A stretch of 64,000 nucleotides of DNA, from the IMG/VR virus record IMGVR_UViG_3300028920_000004, positions 1 to 64,000 of that record; one strand, 5' to 3'. How positions within the stretch are numbered: the first letter of the stretch is position 1; every line of letters begins with the position of its first letter. Below, in pieces: positions 27,836-38,287 of this stretch. The notes below the pieces were generated by a model. That model did no database searches. It was not told the DNA's origin and was given only the letters and a program-made list of their open reading frames with translations. The stretch is from a virus. The translations under genes were made by a program, and so were the position numbers.

Positions 27836-30507
27836 TGGCAATATTTGAGGAAACTTTTGAATCTTATGCAGATGGAAGTAACATAAATGGTCAAGGAAGT
27901 TGGGTAGCTAGCGGTACTTTATGGACAGTATCAACTGCTCAATCTTTAGGAGGTTCTAAATCTCTTAAATATGATGGTAACGCAGGAGAAAGTGCAAAAA
28001 GAGTATTTGGAGATAGAACTTCTATTACACAATTTGATTTTTATGTTTATCTTGAAGCTCAAGGAGGAACTTTTGCAGATAAAAAAATTATGATTTCTGA
28101 CAGTGCCGATACTGCTGGTTGGGGGATTGTTGCAAAAATAGATTTGGGTACAAATTGGTTTACTTTAGATACTGCTGGAAATCATTTAGATACTGGAATT
28201 TCTGCTACTTTAGGACAATGGTATCATTTTAAATATGTATATTATCCTTCTTCTAATAATGCTAAACTTTATATTGATGATACTTTGGTTGGAACTGTTA
28301 CTGTTGCTTATACTCCTAATAAAATAGCTTTATATGGAGATGAAAATACCAAATTTTATGTAGATAGTATTTTAGTAGACCCTCCTTCAACAGAAAATAC
28401 AGAAAATATTACCAATTATTTCAATATGATTTCTCCTCCTACAGTAACCGAAGATATATCCAATGATTTTAGAATGGCAAATGCTATAGAATATGATTAT
28501 GATATAAATAATAAAATAAATACTCATAAATTAGTATATTCCGATATAAATAATAAAATAAATACTTCATTACAACAATTATATGACATTCAAAATAAAA
28601 TTAATACTGTAAAACAAGTAACAGATGACCTTGGGAATTTAATATCTTTTGTTGATGAAACTAAGGAAGATATAGAAAATGATATAAGAACTCAAGCGTT
28701 AGAGTTATCTGATGTATCTAATGATTTTAGAATGATAAAAAGCTGGCAAAAAGCTGGTAATGTAGGTTTTGTATCTTCTGGTAAAGGATATATAAAATGT
28801 TATATTGGAGGAATAGAACAAACTGATTTTGTAGTAGATACCGTAATTATAAATAAAGTACCTAACGAAGCTCATACTGCTGTTTTTGAATTAGGACGAG
28901 CTTATGATTCTACTGCTCCTAGTAAAGAAACCACTGTTGAAATTAAATATAGAGATATTCGATTATACTATGGATATATAACTAAAGTAACCCCTTCTGA
29001 TAATCCAGAACATATAAGAATAGAATGTAGTAACAAATATTGGAAACAAAATCAAGAAAACAAAGTTTGGTTTTATGTTGGACATGAGCCAAATGATAGT
29101 AGAGATGTATATTACAATACTATATCAGAAGGTTTGTCTAGTGGTTGTGGTTTTTCAGTTCCTTTTGGAAGCTTTGTGCCAGAAACTATGGATTTATTTG
29201 GAATAGGACAATCTGATGCTATTACTTCTCTTATTAATAATGCTGGAAATTTTGGATGGTATTATGATATAAATGAGAATAAGAAAATTATAAAGTATGG
29301 ACAAGGAAATATTATAAAATTAAATAGACAAGAGATAGGTACTAATATTGGATTACATCAAGTGCTTAATCATAATATGGAAGAATCTGTAGAAAATTTG
29401 GTCAATAAATTTAGAGTACAAATGGGAGATAAAGTAATAAGAAATATAGATAATGATAAAAATAGTTCTAGAACTTGGAGAATAGCAGGGTTATGGAGCA
29501 CTACTATTGTTCCTTCTCCTATGTGGGATGAAGATTATGAAGTCCTAGCTAAAAATTCCGATGATAATTATGGATTTGATTATTTTAATGAAGACAATGC
29601 TTATAAATATGAAGATGTTTTTAAAAAATATAATCTAAATTTTAGTTTGGATTCTTATGGGTCTGCTTTTGGAACTGCTGTAAATTGGGCTAATAACTAT
29701 ACTATCAATGAAAATATAGCTCCAGAAGTCATTATACAAGCAGATAGCCATACTGAATTTAGTTATAGTTCTTCTTATGGAGAGGAAGATTATTTTAGAT
29801 GTACTATTCCTTTGATTGAATCTGATAATTTTTTAAGCCTATCAAAATATAGAGTTCTAGATGGAGGTTATAATATAGATTGGACAGAAGGAGTTTTGAC
29901 TTTTAATGAACCAATATATATAGAAGTTTTAAATTCAAATGGAGAAGTAATAGGAATAAGAAGACCTTTAATAACAGTTAAAGTATGGTTTAGACCTTTA
30001 GTTACTGATTTAGATAGTGATACAGATAATCCAGAAAGTGATATTACTAATCCTTTAATGTTCTTCACTGACAAGATGGGAAGCTATTCTAAAACAATAA
30101 TAGAACCTTTAAATCTAGGAAATTTATCTATACAGCAAGGTGGAAGTTATAGAGAAAGAACTACTGAATATTATACTGATGCCAACGGACAAAGACATTA
30201 TTATTATAATTATTATTATATACCTTCTTGGGATGATACTTCTTTTGCAAATGATTATGCAAATTGGCAATTAAGTAAAAAATGTGATGTAAAAAAGACA
30301 GGAAATATAGAAGTAACTTTAGATTGTGCAATATTTAATAGTATATCCTTAAATAATAGGATAAAAGTACCAGGAATGATAGATACTCCATTAAATGTTA
30401 TGTCATTAAGGTATGATTTAAATACTTTTACTGTTACTGTAGGATTAGAGAACGGAAGATATTATAAAAGAACTATAAGTAAGCCATATAGAGGAGATAA
30501 TACATAA
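27826..30507 (+). CDS. Tail-tip/hub protein with N-terminal lectin-like domain and 14-aa repeats
   Basis: ETFESY..G.INGQGSW, WYHFK..LYIDD lectin; DINNKINT repeats; hub-like C-terminus (YYGYI.KV, ISLNNRIKV..V.SL.YDL). Confidence 0.65.
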   Translation: MEIMAIFEETFESYADGSNINGQGSWVASGTLWTVSTAQSLGGSKSLKYDGNAGESAKRVFGDRTSITQFDFYVYLEAQGGTFADKKIMISDSADTAGWGIVAKIDLGTNWFTLDTAGNHLDTGISATLGQWYHFKYVYYPSSNNAKLYIDDTLVGTVTVAYTPNKIALYGDENTKFYVDSILVDPPSTENTENITNYFNMISPPTVTEDISNDFRMANAIEYDYDINNKINTHKLVYSDINNKINTSLQQLYDIQNKINTVKQVTDDLGNLISFVDETKEDIENDIRTQALELSDVSNDFRMIKSWQKAGNVGFVSSGKGYIKCYIGGIEQTDFVVDTVIINKVPNEAHTAVFELGRAYDSTAPSKETTVEIKYRDIRLYYGYITKVTPSDNPEHIRIECSNKYWKQNQENKVWFYVGHEPNDSRDVYYNTISEGLSSGCGFSVPFGSFVPETMDLFGIGQSDAITSLINNAGNFGWYYDINENKKIIKYGQGNIIKLNRQEIGTNIGLHQVLNHNMEESVENLVNKFRVQMGDKVIRNIDNDKNSSRTWRIAGLWSTTIVPSPMWDEDYEVLAKNSDDNYGFDYFNEDNAYKYEDVFKKYNLNFSLDSYGSAFGTAVNWANNYTINENIAPEVIIQADSHTEFSYSSSYGEEDYFRCTIPLIESDNFLSLSKYRVLDGGYNIDWTEGVLTFNEPIYIEVLNSNGEVIGIRRPLITVKVWFRPLVTDLDSDTDNPESDITNPLMFFTDKMGSYSKTIIEPLNLGNLSIQQGGSYRERTTEYYTDANGQRHYYYNYYYIPSWDDTSFANDYANWQLSKKCDVKKTGNIEVTLDCAIFNSISLNNRIKVPGMIDTPLNVMSLRYDLNTFTVTVGLENGRYYKRTISKPYRGDNT

Positions 30508-31316
30508 TGCCAGAGAATATAAGACAAAAAATAGATAATTTAGAACGTGAGATAAAAAGTTTAAGAAGTAAATTACAAGCTCTTGAAGATAGAAAAGATA
30601 GTAGATTTATACTTCCTTATTCTAAAATAGGATTAGGAAAAAGTCCAGCTCAAAGATTTCCTACTGATATTTCGGCAGGGTTAGGAGGCTCAAAGGGTAG
30701 TTTCTTGCCTTGGAATGATTTAGAGTTAGTTCGTCCAGGTTACGGAACCATATTAGCGACTACTGCTCCTGCAAAAGCTTATCATAAACATAGTCATTCA
30801 GAATATTCGGGTGGAGCTTTAGACGTTAATACTTTAAAATTAGTAGAATATGATACGGATGGGAATGGAAATATTATAGGAGAAGGAGGTACTTCTTTAA
30901 ATCGTCATTGTCAACAATTTTGGAAAGAAGACCCTGTAATAGCTAAAACTGCCAGTGGAATAGAAAAAATTGGACTTTTGGATATAGAATTCGATGAAGC
31001 TACTCAAAAATGGTTAGCTGGTGGAAAAGCTGATTATATAGATGTGGAAAATACTTATTTGGTTCAATATGCTTATCATAAATATGATGATGATGGTAAT
31101 TTAATAACTACTGTAAATGCTGATGGAATAACAGTTCCAGTAGAATATTCTTCTACTGCTGAAGGAGTAACTAAAGAAATTAAAATAGATGATAAAGGTA
31201 ATGAGATGAAAGCTCCTTTATTAGTTTCTGATGATAGTTTTAGGTCTAATGTAATTTGGGATGAAGATGCCCAAACGTGGAGATTTTATGCAGTGTTTAG
31301 ACCTTGGGAGGAGTAA
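30507..31316 (+). CDS. Tail-associated hypothetical protein
   Basis: N-terminal coiled coil, HKHSH motif. Confidence 0.55.
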   Translation: MPENIRQKIDNLEREIKSLRSKLQALEDRKDSRFILPYSKIGLGKSPAQRFPTDISAGLGGSKGSFLPWNDLELVRPGYGTILATTAPAKAYHKHSHSEYSGGALDVNTLKLVEYDTDGNGNIIGEGGTSLNRHCQQFWKEDPVIAKTASGIEKIGLLDIEFDEATQKWLAGGKADYIDVENTYLVQYAYHKYDDDGNLITTVNADGITVPVEYSSTAEGVTKEIKIDDKGNEMKAPLLVSDDSFRSNVIWDEDAQTWRFYAVFRPWEE

Positions 31317-32665
31317 TAATTATTATGGAAGAAACTTATCCTTCTATATATGAATATTATGATTATTTAATTAAGACTTATATATCCAATCTATCAGATT
31401 ATAGTGATTGGATTTCTACTGAAAGAATTGATAATTTTTATTCTAAAAACCAACCTATACGATATAGAATTCCTTTCAATACTCATGATGAATTCGGAAA
31501 CGAAAAAACCGAAAGTGAATGGGTATGGGTTACTAAAGAACAATTAGCTATTGCTCTTTTGCTCAAAGAAGCTCTCCTACAACAATATGATAGATTTCCT
31601 AGTCTAGATAATTTACAATTTCAAGATGAAATATGGTATAATGATTCAAGTGATGATTATAGATGGGCATGTTTTAAATTAATGGATAGTCCTGCACATG
31701 CTTTTTATAATGATTTCTCTACTGAAGGAATGGGATTCGCTAGTTCTACTTGTGTAGTAGATGTTCCTATATATCCTTATTACAGTTGTTGTAGTATAAA
31801 AGGATATAGGATTCCTTATATATGGGCTAAAACATGGATAAAACAACCTAACAGATTTTCAGGATTACAAATAAGATTTGAAGAAAGAACATATATCAAA
31901 ACTTCATCTTCTCCAGATATTCCTACCTTTGTAACCGATGGCAGAAAAAACTTAGAAACTTGGTATAAACCTGTCCAAAGATACTATCTCTATTATAATA
32001 CAGGTCAAAGGTATGGACAATATTATGTAGATTCTCAATTATGTAGAAAATCATGTCCTATTAATGACCGATATTATTCTCCAGGTTTAGGGGAATATGC
32101 TGGAGACCGACCAGATATTTGTAAAATATGGACAAATATAGGAACTGGCACTTGTTCTGATTATGGACTTCCTAATGATGGATATGAATGTAGAGAAGGA
32201 TTATATTATGTTTATCAATGTGCAGAATATGGCTATGATTGTAGACCTTATTATGATTGGATAGGTGGAGGAGGAGTTACTTATTATGATGATAGAACTC
32301 ATCCTGATTTAAGAGGAGCCAATAACCAAATTATAACTCCATATCCTCATGGAGGTTCTTGGTATCTACAAAATCCTTTAGATGCTGTAGATTTATGTGC
32401 TGTATGTTCTTCAGGAAGTCAAAGCGATAAATCAGGAGTAGATAATGAAGACATAGAAGAAATTTGGGTTAGAGCTTATATTGTAGATAGTAAGGGAAAT
32501 GAAATTACATTTGATAAAACTTTAGGAGCCAGCGAAGGAATTCAAAATGCAGAATTTGCGTATGACCAAGTAATTAATATTTTAAGAACTATCCATGAAA
32601 AAATAGAATCAGATGGAGATTTTACTTATAATCTATATTATTATGGTGGTCGAGGAACTGCTTAA
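31304..32665 (+). CDS. Tyr/Cys-rich hypothetical protein, last gene of + operon
   Basis: Long ORF; start probably 31325. Confidence 0.6.
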   Translation: MGGVIIIMEETYPSIYEYYDYLIKTYISNLSDYSDWISTERIDNFYSKNQPIRYRIPFNTHDEFGNEKTESEWVWVTKEQLAIALLLKEALLQQYDRFPSLDNLQFQDEIWYNDSSDDYRWACFKLMDSPAHAFYNDFSTEGMGFASSTCVVDVPIYPYYSCCSIKGYRIPYIWAKTWIKQPNRFSGLQIRFEERTYIKTSSSPDIPTFVTDGRKNLETWYKPVQRYYLYYNTGQRYGQYYVDSQLCRKSCPINDRYYSPGLGEYAGDRPDICKIWTNIGTGTCSDYGLPNDGYECREGLYYVYQCAEYGYDCRPYYDWIGGGGVTYYDDRTHPDLRGANNQIITPYPHGGSWYLQNPLDAVDLCAVCSSGSQSDKSGVDNEDIEEIWVRAYIVDSKGNEITFDKTLGASEGIQNAEFAYDQVINILRTIHEKIESDGDFTYNLYYYGGRGTA

Positions 32666-33404
32666 AATAATCACCTTTTTTTAAAGCTTTACATTTAATA
32701 GTTTTTTTTATTATTTCTTTTCTTAATCTTTTTTGATTATATTTAGAATTGGACAATCGTTTAAAAAATTCTTCATAACTTATATTAGGAAACAAAGTTA
32801 AATTACTATCTCCTACCACTATAATCTTACATTTTTCTTCATTCTGAAAATATCCAAAATCTATCATTTGTTTATTAGGACTATTATAATAGGCATCTTT
32901 GCCTATTCCTCTATGATTAATTTCTCCTTGATAATAATGAGTTAAATTCCTATTAAATTTCTTTTTATTTTTATTCTTTTTTAATTTGCCATAATCATAC
33001 CCTAATAAATAAATATTGCCTTTATCTATCAAATAAATAGCTAAAGAAAGTGTAAAAACTCCTGCCAAATTTTTTCTATATACTCCATCTCTTAAATCTC
33101 TATTATAATGACCACTAGCATACAATCTTAAAGTATTTGGATAAGGAACTTCATCTTTACTTCTATATGTTCCAATTAATAAAGGCAAAGAATCAATTTT
33201 ATCATATTCGTGTTCATAAAATCCTTGATTGCTTTGTTTTGTTGGGTTATAATCTACATAAGAAGTAAAAGTAGAATCAAAATGTTTATAAGCATAATTT
33301 ATAGTAATAACAAATTTATCTTTAATCTTATCTTTTAATCCTTGGCTTAATCCATCTTTAATAGAATAACCCCCTCCAATTATAATTACTTCATTGGGTA
33401 TCAT
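32622..33404 (-). CDS. Maf/MptE-like (GT29/GT42-related) ulosonic acid transferase candidate
   Basis: VIIIGGGYSI...VITINYAY...IYLLGYDY...HYY. Confidence 0.6.
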   Translation of the reverse strand: MIPNEVIIIGGGYSIKDGLSQGLKDKIKDKFVITINYAYKHFDSTFTSYVDYNPTKQSNQGFYEHEYDKIDSLPLLIGTYRSKDEVPYPNTLRLYASGHYNRDLRDGVYRKNLAGVFTLSLAIYLIDKGNIYLLGYDYGKLKKNKNKKKFNRNLTHYYQGEINHRGIGKDAYYNSPNKQMIDFGYFQNEEKCKIIVVGDSNLTLFPNISYEEFFKRLSNSKYNQKRLRKEIIKKTIKCKALKKGDYFKQFLDHHNNIDYK

Positions 33405-34183
33405 ATTTTACTCCAAGCTTCACTTATGATTTTTATAATATTTTCCATATCATCTAAAGGTAATTGCGTAGCACTATCAGATATTGCTTTATCTGGTTCG
33501 GGATGAACTTCAATAAATATTCCGTCAACATATCCAGTAGCTATTGCTCCTTTTATCATAGGAATTACAAATTCTCTATTTCCTCCTGATTTTCCTCCTT
33601 TAGATGGAATTTGTTGGCTATGTGTAGCATCGAAAATAATAGGATAATTTCCAAATTTTTTCATAATCATAAAAGACCTAAAATCTACTATAAGGTTATT
33701 ATATCCAAAACAAGTACCCCTTTCCGTTATCATAATATTCTTATTTCCAGTAGCTTCTACCTTCTCTATGACATATTTTATATCCCAAGGAGAAAGAAAT
33801 TGACCCTTTTTTATGTTGACTTTTCGAGCATATCTTCCAATAGTGTGAATTAAGTCTGTTTGTCGGCACAAAAAGGCTGGAATTTGGACAATATCAGCTA
33901 TTAGAGCTACTTTTTTGGCCTCTTCGACTGTATGGGTATCTGTTAAAATCTTAATGCCTTGTGCCTTGATTCTGCTTAAAATTCCTAATCCAGTTTCTAA
34001 TCCTACTCCTCTAAGTGAATTATTAGAGGTTCTATTAGCTTTATCATAGGAAGCTTTAAATATGAACTCTATATTATCATATTTATCGGTAATTTCTTTA
34101 AGCTTTTCTGCGGTTTTTCGTGTGGTGGTTTCATCTTCGATGGCACAATTACCAGCAATTAGAATAAGTTTTTTATTTTTCAT
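33401..34183 (-). CDS. kdsA: 3-deoxy-D-manno-octulosonate 8-phosphate synthase
   Basis: IAGNCAIE, KASYDKANRTS, QIPAFLCRQTDL, KKGQFLSP, ERGTCFGYNNL, DATHS, EVHPEP. Confidence 0.95.
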   Translation of the reverse strand: MKNKKLILIAGNCAIEDETTTRKTAEKLKEITDKYDNIEFIFKASYDKANRTSNNSLRGVGLETGLGILSRIKAQGIKILTDTHTVEEAKKVALIADIVQIPAFLCRQTDLIHTIGRYARKVNIKKGQFLSPWDIKYVIEKVEATGNKNIMITERGTCFGYNNLIVDFRSFMIMKKFGNYPIIFDATHSQQIPSKGGKSGGNREFVIPMIKGAIATGYVDGIFIEVHPEPDKAISDSATQLPLDDMENIIKIISEAWSKI

Positions 34184-34193
34184 TTGCTATCCT

Positions 34194-34595
34194 TTATAAT
34201 TCTAACATTCCTTTCTTCTTCATTTCTGGTTCAGTATATTCTTTCCCTTTTATAACTTTCCCTCCTATAGATTCTCTATTAATATCATTAGGGTCTATTT
34301 TACCCTTTTCTACAAAGGCTAGTTCTACCATTATACTATCTTTTACCGCAAAAAATCTATGTTTGACTGGAGGACGGACTTCAAATATATCTCCTGGTTT
34401 TAAAACTTTTGACCCTCTTTCCGTTTCTATTCTTACCGCACCTTTAATAACTGCAAAACGATTTATTTTTTTACTATGGGTATGGGTCGAACAAAAATAA
34501 TTTTTCTTAACATTTAGTAGGTCTATCTCTGAAGTTCTGGTAAGAAGCAATCTTTGTCTAGTTCCCCAAATTTTGAATACGCTACTATCGTCCAT
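34194..34595 (-). CDS. Cupin-domain protein (sugar isomerase-like)
   Basis: KIWG...CSTHTH..K...G...LKPGD..V.P..KHRF. Confidence 0.75.
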   Translation of the reverse strand: MDDSSVFKIWGTRQRLLLTRTSEIDLLNVKKNYFCSTHTHSKKINRFAVIKGAVRIETERGSKVLKPGDIFEVRPPVKHRFFAVKDSIMVELAFVEKGKIDPNDINRESIGGKVIKGKEYTEPEMKKKGMLEL

Positions 34596-34598
34596 GAA

Positions 34599-34757
34599 TT
34601 ATTCCTCCTCTGATAATATCTTAGTTCTGTCCTTAATTACTTTTAGAGAATCTTTACCTCTTTTTCTAACCACATAATCGTAATCTTCTATCTCATCTTC
34701 TAATACCTTTTCTCTTTTATCCAAAACTAACATCTTAACATTTTTAAGGATTCTCAT
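34599..34757 (-). CDS. Small hypothetical protein, 52 aa (not in ORF track)
   Basis: MRILKNVKMLVLDKREKVLEDEIEDY...; fills the gap between genes. Confidence 0.45.
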   Translation of the reverse strand: MRILKNVKMLVLDKREKVLEDEIEDYDYVVRKRGKDSLKVIKDRTKILSEEE

Positions 34758-35712
34758 GAGTTTCTAATACCCTTTCTGTTTGGTTAATAAAGTTTTTAAT
34801 ATCTTCTAATTTAATCGCTACTGCAAGAGAAGGATATTTTTCTACATCTTGAAAAATAAATCCTTCTACATTATATATAATACCTACAACCACTCCTACT
34901 ATTTGTCCTTGTCTATTTACTACCATTCCTCCAGAATTACCAGGAAAGGTTGGAGCACTTATAAGCATGTAATAGTTATAACTATCATTATATTTTCTTT
35001 TTATATAATTTGATACTATTCCTCGTTGTATGGTATAATGGAAACAATAAGGATGCCCTACAGTATATATTTCAGACCCTTTAGCTGGTATTTTTTTAGA
35101 TATATTAATAGCTGATACCTTTTGAATAGGTTTTTTTAGTCTTATAATAGATAAATCTAAATTATCAGCTTTAAAAATATTAGAATTTTCTATTTCAAAA
35201 AATTCTTGAATATCGTCATTTAAATTTACCACTACTCTATATTTATCAGAATTTTTAACCACATGTTTTGCGGTTAAAATCCATATATAATTTTCATCTA
35301 TTTGATATATTGTTCCTGTACCTCCTACTTTTCCGCATATAATTTCTACTGTAGCTTTTTGTAAATCTATAAAACTTGGAGTTTTTACATACTCATCTAT
35401 TATGTTGTCATATATTATCTGTTGTATGCTTACTTCATTTAACATCTCTCTATTAGTAGATATTAAACTATCTACTATCTTTATCTTTTTATTTATTTTT
35501 TGAAAATTATTATCAGATTTTTCATCTACATTTTTAATCTTCTTCTTTTCTTTGACTAAATGATTTTCCATCATCCTTATCCTATCACCTAAATGCTTAT
35601 TAATATTTGTTACATTTTCTATAAATATTCCTCCCATAATTAAAACCCCTACCAAAATTCCTATAAATCCTACTATTACCAATTTCTTCATTTTACTCTC
35701 ACTTCCTTTCAT
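34744..35712 (-). CDS. Membrane-anchored trypsin-like (S1/HtrA-type) serine protease
   Basis: N-terminal TM, LTAKHV, DLSII, GNSGG triad motifs. Confidence 0.9.
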   Translation of the reverse strand: MKGSESKMKKLVIVGFIGILVGVLIMGGIFIENVTNINKHLGDRIRMMENHLVKEKKKIKNVDEKSDNNFQKINKKIKIVDSLISTNREMLNEVSIQQIIYDNIIDEYVKTPSFIDLQKATVEIICGKVGGTGTIYQIDENYIWILTAKHVVKNSDKYRVVVNLNDDIQEFFEIENSNIFKADNLDLSIIRLKKPIQKVSAINISKKIPAKGSEIYTVGHPYCFHYTIQRGIVSNYIKRKYNDSYNYYMLISAPTFPGNSGGMVVNRQGQIVGVVVGIIYNVEGFIFQDVEKYPSLAVAIKLEDIKNFINQTERVLETHENP

Positions 35713-36206
35713 ATTTTAAGCCAATCCCAATTCCTAAAATATTCTTTAAGAAAAGTATTGACATTTTTATGGTAATTATTATCTGAAATCAAAAAATCAG
35801 TATCAAAAAAATGCCACTGTTGTTTATACCAAAATACACAAATACAATGCCCTCCTTGATTATCATTGTGCATTAAATATAAATCGCTTGGAATATTAAG
35901 TTCTTGTAATAATGCTTTAGATAAAATAGCAAAATCTTCACAGTCTCCATATTTAAATTCTATAGTTTCTAAAGGAGTTTGCCAAAAATCATATTTATAG
36001 ACTAAACTTTCGGATTTATATGTTATATTGGTTATTAACCATATTTTTATATCTTCAGGTGTTTTGATATTATTTTCAGATATAATATGTTGTATTTTAT
36101 ATCTATTTCCAGATTCAAAATATTTTATTACTTTGTCATAATGAGGATTATTAGATAATAACATAATCATCATATATGCCAAAAGTATTTTATTATAAAA
36201 TTTCAT
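35709..36206 (-). CDS. Transglutaminase-like cysteine peptidase (BTLCP)
   Basis: DFWQTPLET...GDCEDFA...HCICV...FD. Confidence 0.85.
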   Translation of the reverse strand: MKFYNKILLAYMMIMLLSNNPHYDKVIKYFESGNRYKIQHIISENNIKTPEDIKIWLITNITYKSESLVYKYDFWQTPLETIEFKYGDCEDFAILSKALLQELNIPSDLYLMHNDNQGGHCICVFWYKQQWHFFDTDFLISDNNYHKNVNTFLKEYFRNWDWLKI

Positions 36207-36207
36207 A

Positions 36208-37083
36208 CTAATCCCCCATAACTTTCCTTAATCTTTTATTTGTTTTCTTCATTTTACAGTTCCAATAATTAGTAAAAACTTTTTTCATATCTCTAGTAGC
36301 CACTACTAATTGTTTCAAATTATATTTATCTTTAGCCAATGTTTTAAATTTTTTTAACCCTCTTTTTCTATATTTTTCATATTCTTTTGGTTTATATTCT
36401 ATATATTTACCAGAAATATCAATATTATAAAAAGATTTCCAATTTTTATTTTTAACTCTATATGCCCAATCTATATGTTCAGCCAATTTTAAATTTTCAT
36501 CCCATTTAATATCTATAAGCATTTTAGTTTTTGCTATAAAAAAATTTCTATGAATGTCTACTGGTTGGAACATATTTCCTTCAAATATTAGATAAGGTCT
36601 TTTTGGACAATCCAATTTAAAATGTTTATTTGGGATTAATTCAATATCTCCTTCCCAAGGTACTCTTCCATTTATATCGAATCCGATAGTACCATATTTT
36701 TCATTACTATCTAAAAATCTTATAATATTATTAATATCATATTTATCAGTAAACAATAAAGAATCTGCACTTATCCAACAATATTCATATCCTTTTTCTT
36801 TAGCTTTTTTAACTAAAAAGTTTCTAGCATAACTTAATCCACAATCAAAAGGTAAATTATAATAAGTTATACCATCTCTAAGTTGTCCGTACCCATAATC
36901 TGTAATATTCATACCAAAATTAGAAAATCCTTGTAATTTATCATTATCAGTTTTATAACTTTGATTTCCTACAAAGATATGATAATTCGGATTCCAATTA
37001 TCTAATATAGATTGGACAGATTTAATTAATAAGTCTTCTCTCAAAAATGTAGTTATAATTATCGCTGTTTTATTTTTTGTCAT
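36208..37083 (-). CDS. Glycosyltransferase family 2
   Basis: IIITTFLR, PFDCGLSYARN, WDENLKLAEH. Confidence 0.85.
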   Translation of the reverse strand: MTKNKTAIIITTFLREDLLIKSVQSILDNWNPNYHIFVGNQSYKTDNDKLQGFSNFGMNITDYGYGQLRDGITYYNLPFDCGLSYARNFLVKKAKEKGYEYCWISADSLLFTDKYDINNIIRFLDSNEKYGTIGFDINGRVPWEGDIELIPNKHFKLDCPKRPYLIFEGNMFQPVDIHRNFFIAKTKMLIDIKWDENLKLAEHIDWAYRVKNKNWKSFYNIDISGKYIEYKPKEYEKYRKRGLKKFKTLAKDKYNLKQLVVATRDMKKVFTNYWNCKMKKTNKRLRKVMGD

Positions 37084-37498
37084 AATAAACCTCTAAAATA
37101 GTCCTATATACTAACATATTAGGTAAATAATTATTAAAAATTTCAGCATCTTCTCCGTTAAATATTTTACTTAATGCTCCTGCTACTCCTGCACTCCTAC
37201 TTATACCTGCTTCACATTGACAAATAACTAAATTAATATTATTCTTATATTTGTTTATAAAATTAAGAATATTTTTAGCATCTTCTTGTGTGAATAATTT
37301 TACTTTTATGTCAGAATTAGGCATATGTAAACCATCTAAATCATGAAAATCTAACCAAAGTATATCTAAACAATTTGCTTGTGAGGCTATCTTTCCTAAT
37401 TCTATAGGATATTTTGGACTTCTTATAGAAATTATTATATGAGGTTTATTTTCTTGATAATTTTTTATTTCTCTTTCACTCATTACTAAAAATTTCAT
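37070..37498 (-). CDS. CX5R protein-tyrosine/dual-specificity phosphatase-like protein
   Basis: CEAGISRS, FHD, PN..VY. Confidence 0.85.
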   Translation of the reverse strand: MKFLVMSEREIKNYQENKPHIIISIRSPKYPIELGKIASQANCLDILWLDFHDLDGLHMPNSDIKVKLFTQEDAKNILNFINKYKNNINLVICQCEAGISRSAGVAGALSKIFNGEDAEIFNNYLPNMLVYRTILEVYYDKK

Positions 37499-37507
37499 AA
37501 TATTTCC

Positions 37508-37705
37508 TTAATATTGTATAGGGCTTCGAGCCAATTCTTTTATATCTTTTTTTCTACAATGTGGACATCTTACTTTCCCTGTTTTTCCATTAGGTCTTGA
37601 CCATCTTCCATTTTCTAATAAAATAGTTCCTGTTTTAAAAAGTCTAGTAAATTCTTTATTACAATTATTACACCTATACTTAACTAAAAATTTTTTATTT
37701 TTCAT
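37508..37705 (-). CDS. Zinc-ribbon protein
   Basis: CNNC ... CPHC. Confidence 0.7.
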   Translation of the reverse strand: MKNKKFLVKYRCNNCNKEFTRLFKTGTILLENGRWSRPNGKTGKVRCPHCRKKDIKELARSPIQY

Positions 37706-37708
37706 AGT

Positions 37709-38287
37709 TTACTCCTTATATCCATATTTTATTGCCATTCCTCTTATCATATCTGTAAAAACTGGACTAATTTTATATAAATCTTCCCAAATTAATTTTC
37801 TATGGATTCTCATATTAGCCCTACTTACTATTGGTCTTTTTTTATTTTTTATTCCTAATTCTTTGCACCATTTATTCCATACTTTAGGAAGTTCTTCTAT
37901 CTTATATCTCCAAGAAGCTTTAGATTCTATAACCAAATTCCAACAATACCATGACCGCATACAATTATAAATACTTTGATTTCTATGTTTTAAAGGGTCA
38001 TCAAAAGGCACATATTTATTTATATATTCAAAACTTTGATTCCAAAGAGTAGTAGAAGAAGCAATAACATTTAAAGGATGTCTTACTTGATGAATTATTT
38101 TATCAAAATTGCATTTAATAATATTCTCAGGGGAAGGTTTAGGAAACTCTCCATCCACACAATGCTTCCAAGAAACTGTATATTTATGCCCACTTCTTTC
38201 AAACATTGAATCTTCTCCTAAAGCTCTAAGAAGTTTATAAGTATACATAGTGGCTGACCTAGGATGTCCTGTAATAAGATATTTCAT
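37709..38287 (-). CDS. Sulfotransferase-like protein
   Basis: 5'-PSB loop ITGHPRSAT; 3'-PB QVRHPL..IAS. Confidence 0.75.
   Translation of the reverse strand: MKYLITGHPRSATMYTYKLLRALGEDSMFERSGHKYTVSWKHCVDGEFPKPSPENIIKCNFDKIIHQVRHPLNVIASSTTLWNQSFEYINKYVPFDDPLKHRNQSIYNCMRSWYCWNLVIESKASWRYKIEELPKVWNKWCKELGIKNKKRPIVSRANMRIHRKLIWEDLYKISPVFTDMIRGMAIKYGYKE

Noticed and set aside
184-30074. Short - strand ORFs opposite the structural genes (e.g. 13434-13898, 16203-16547)
   Set aside because: Antisense shadows of long + strand genes, with no SD or motifs
31304-32665. Tyr/Cys-rich terminal tail gene as a diversity-generating retroelement target
   Set aside because: No reverse transcriptase or template repeat seen in the window
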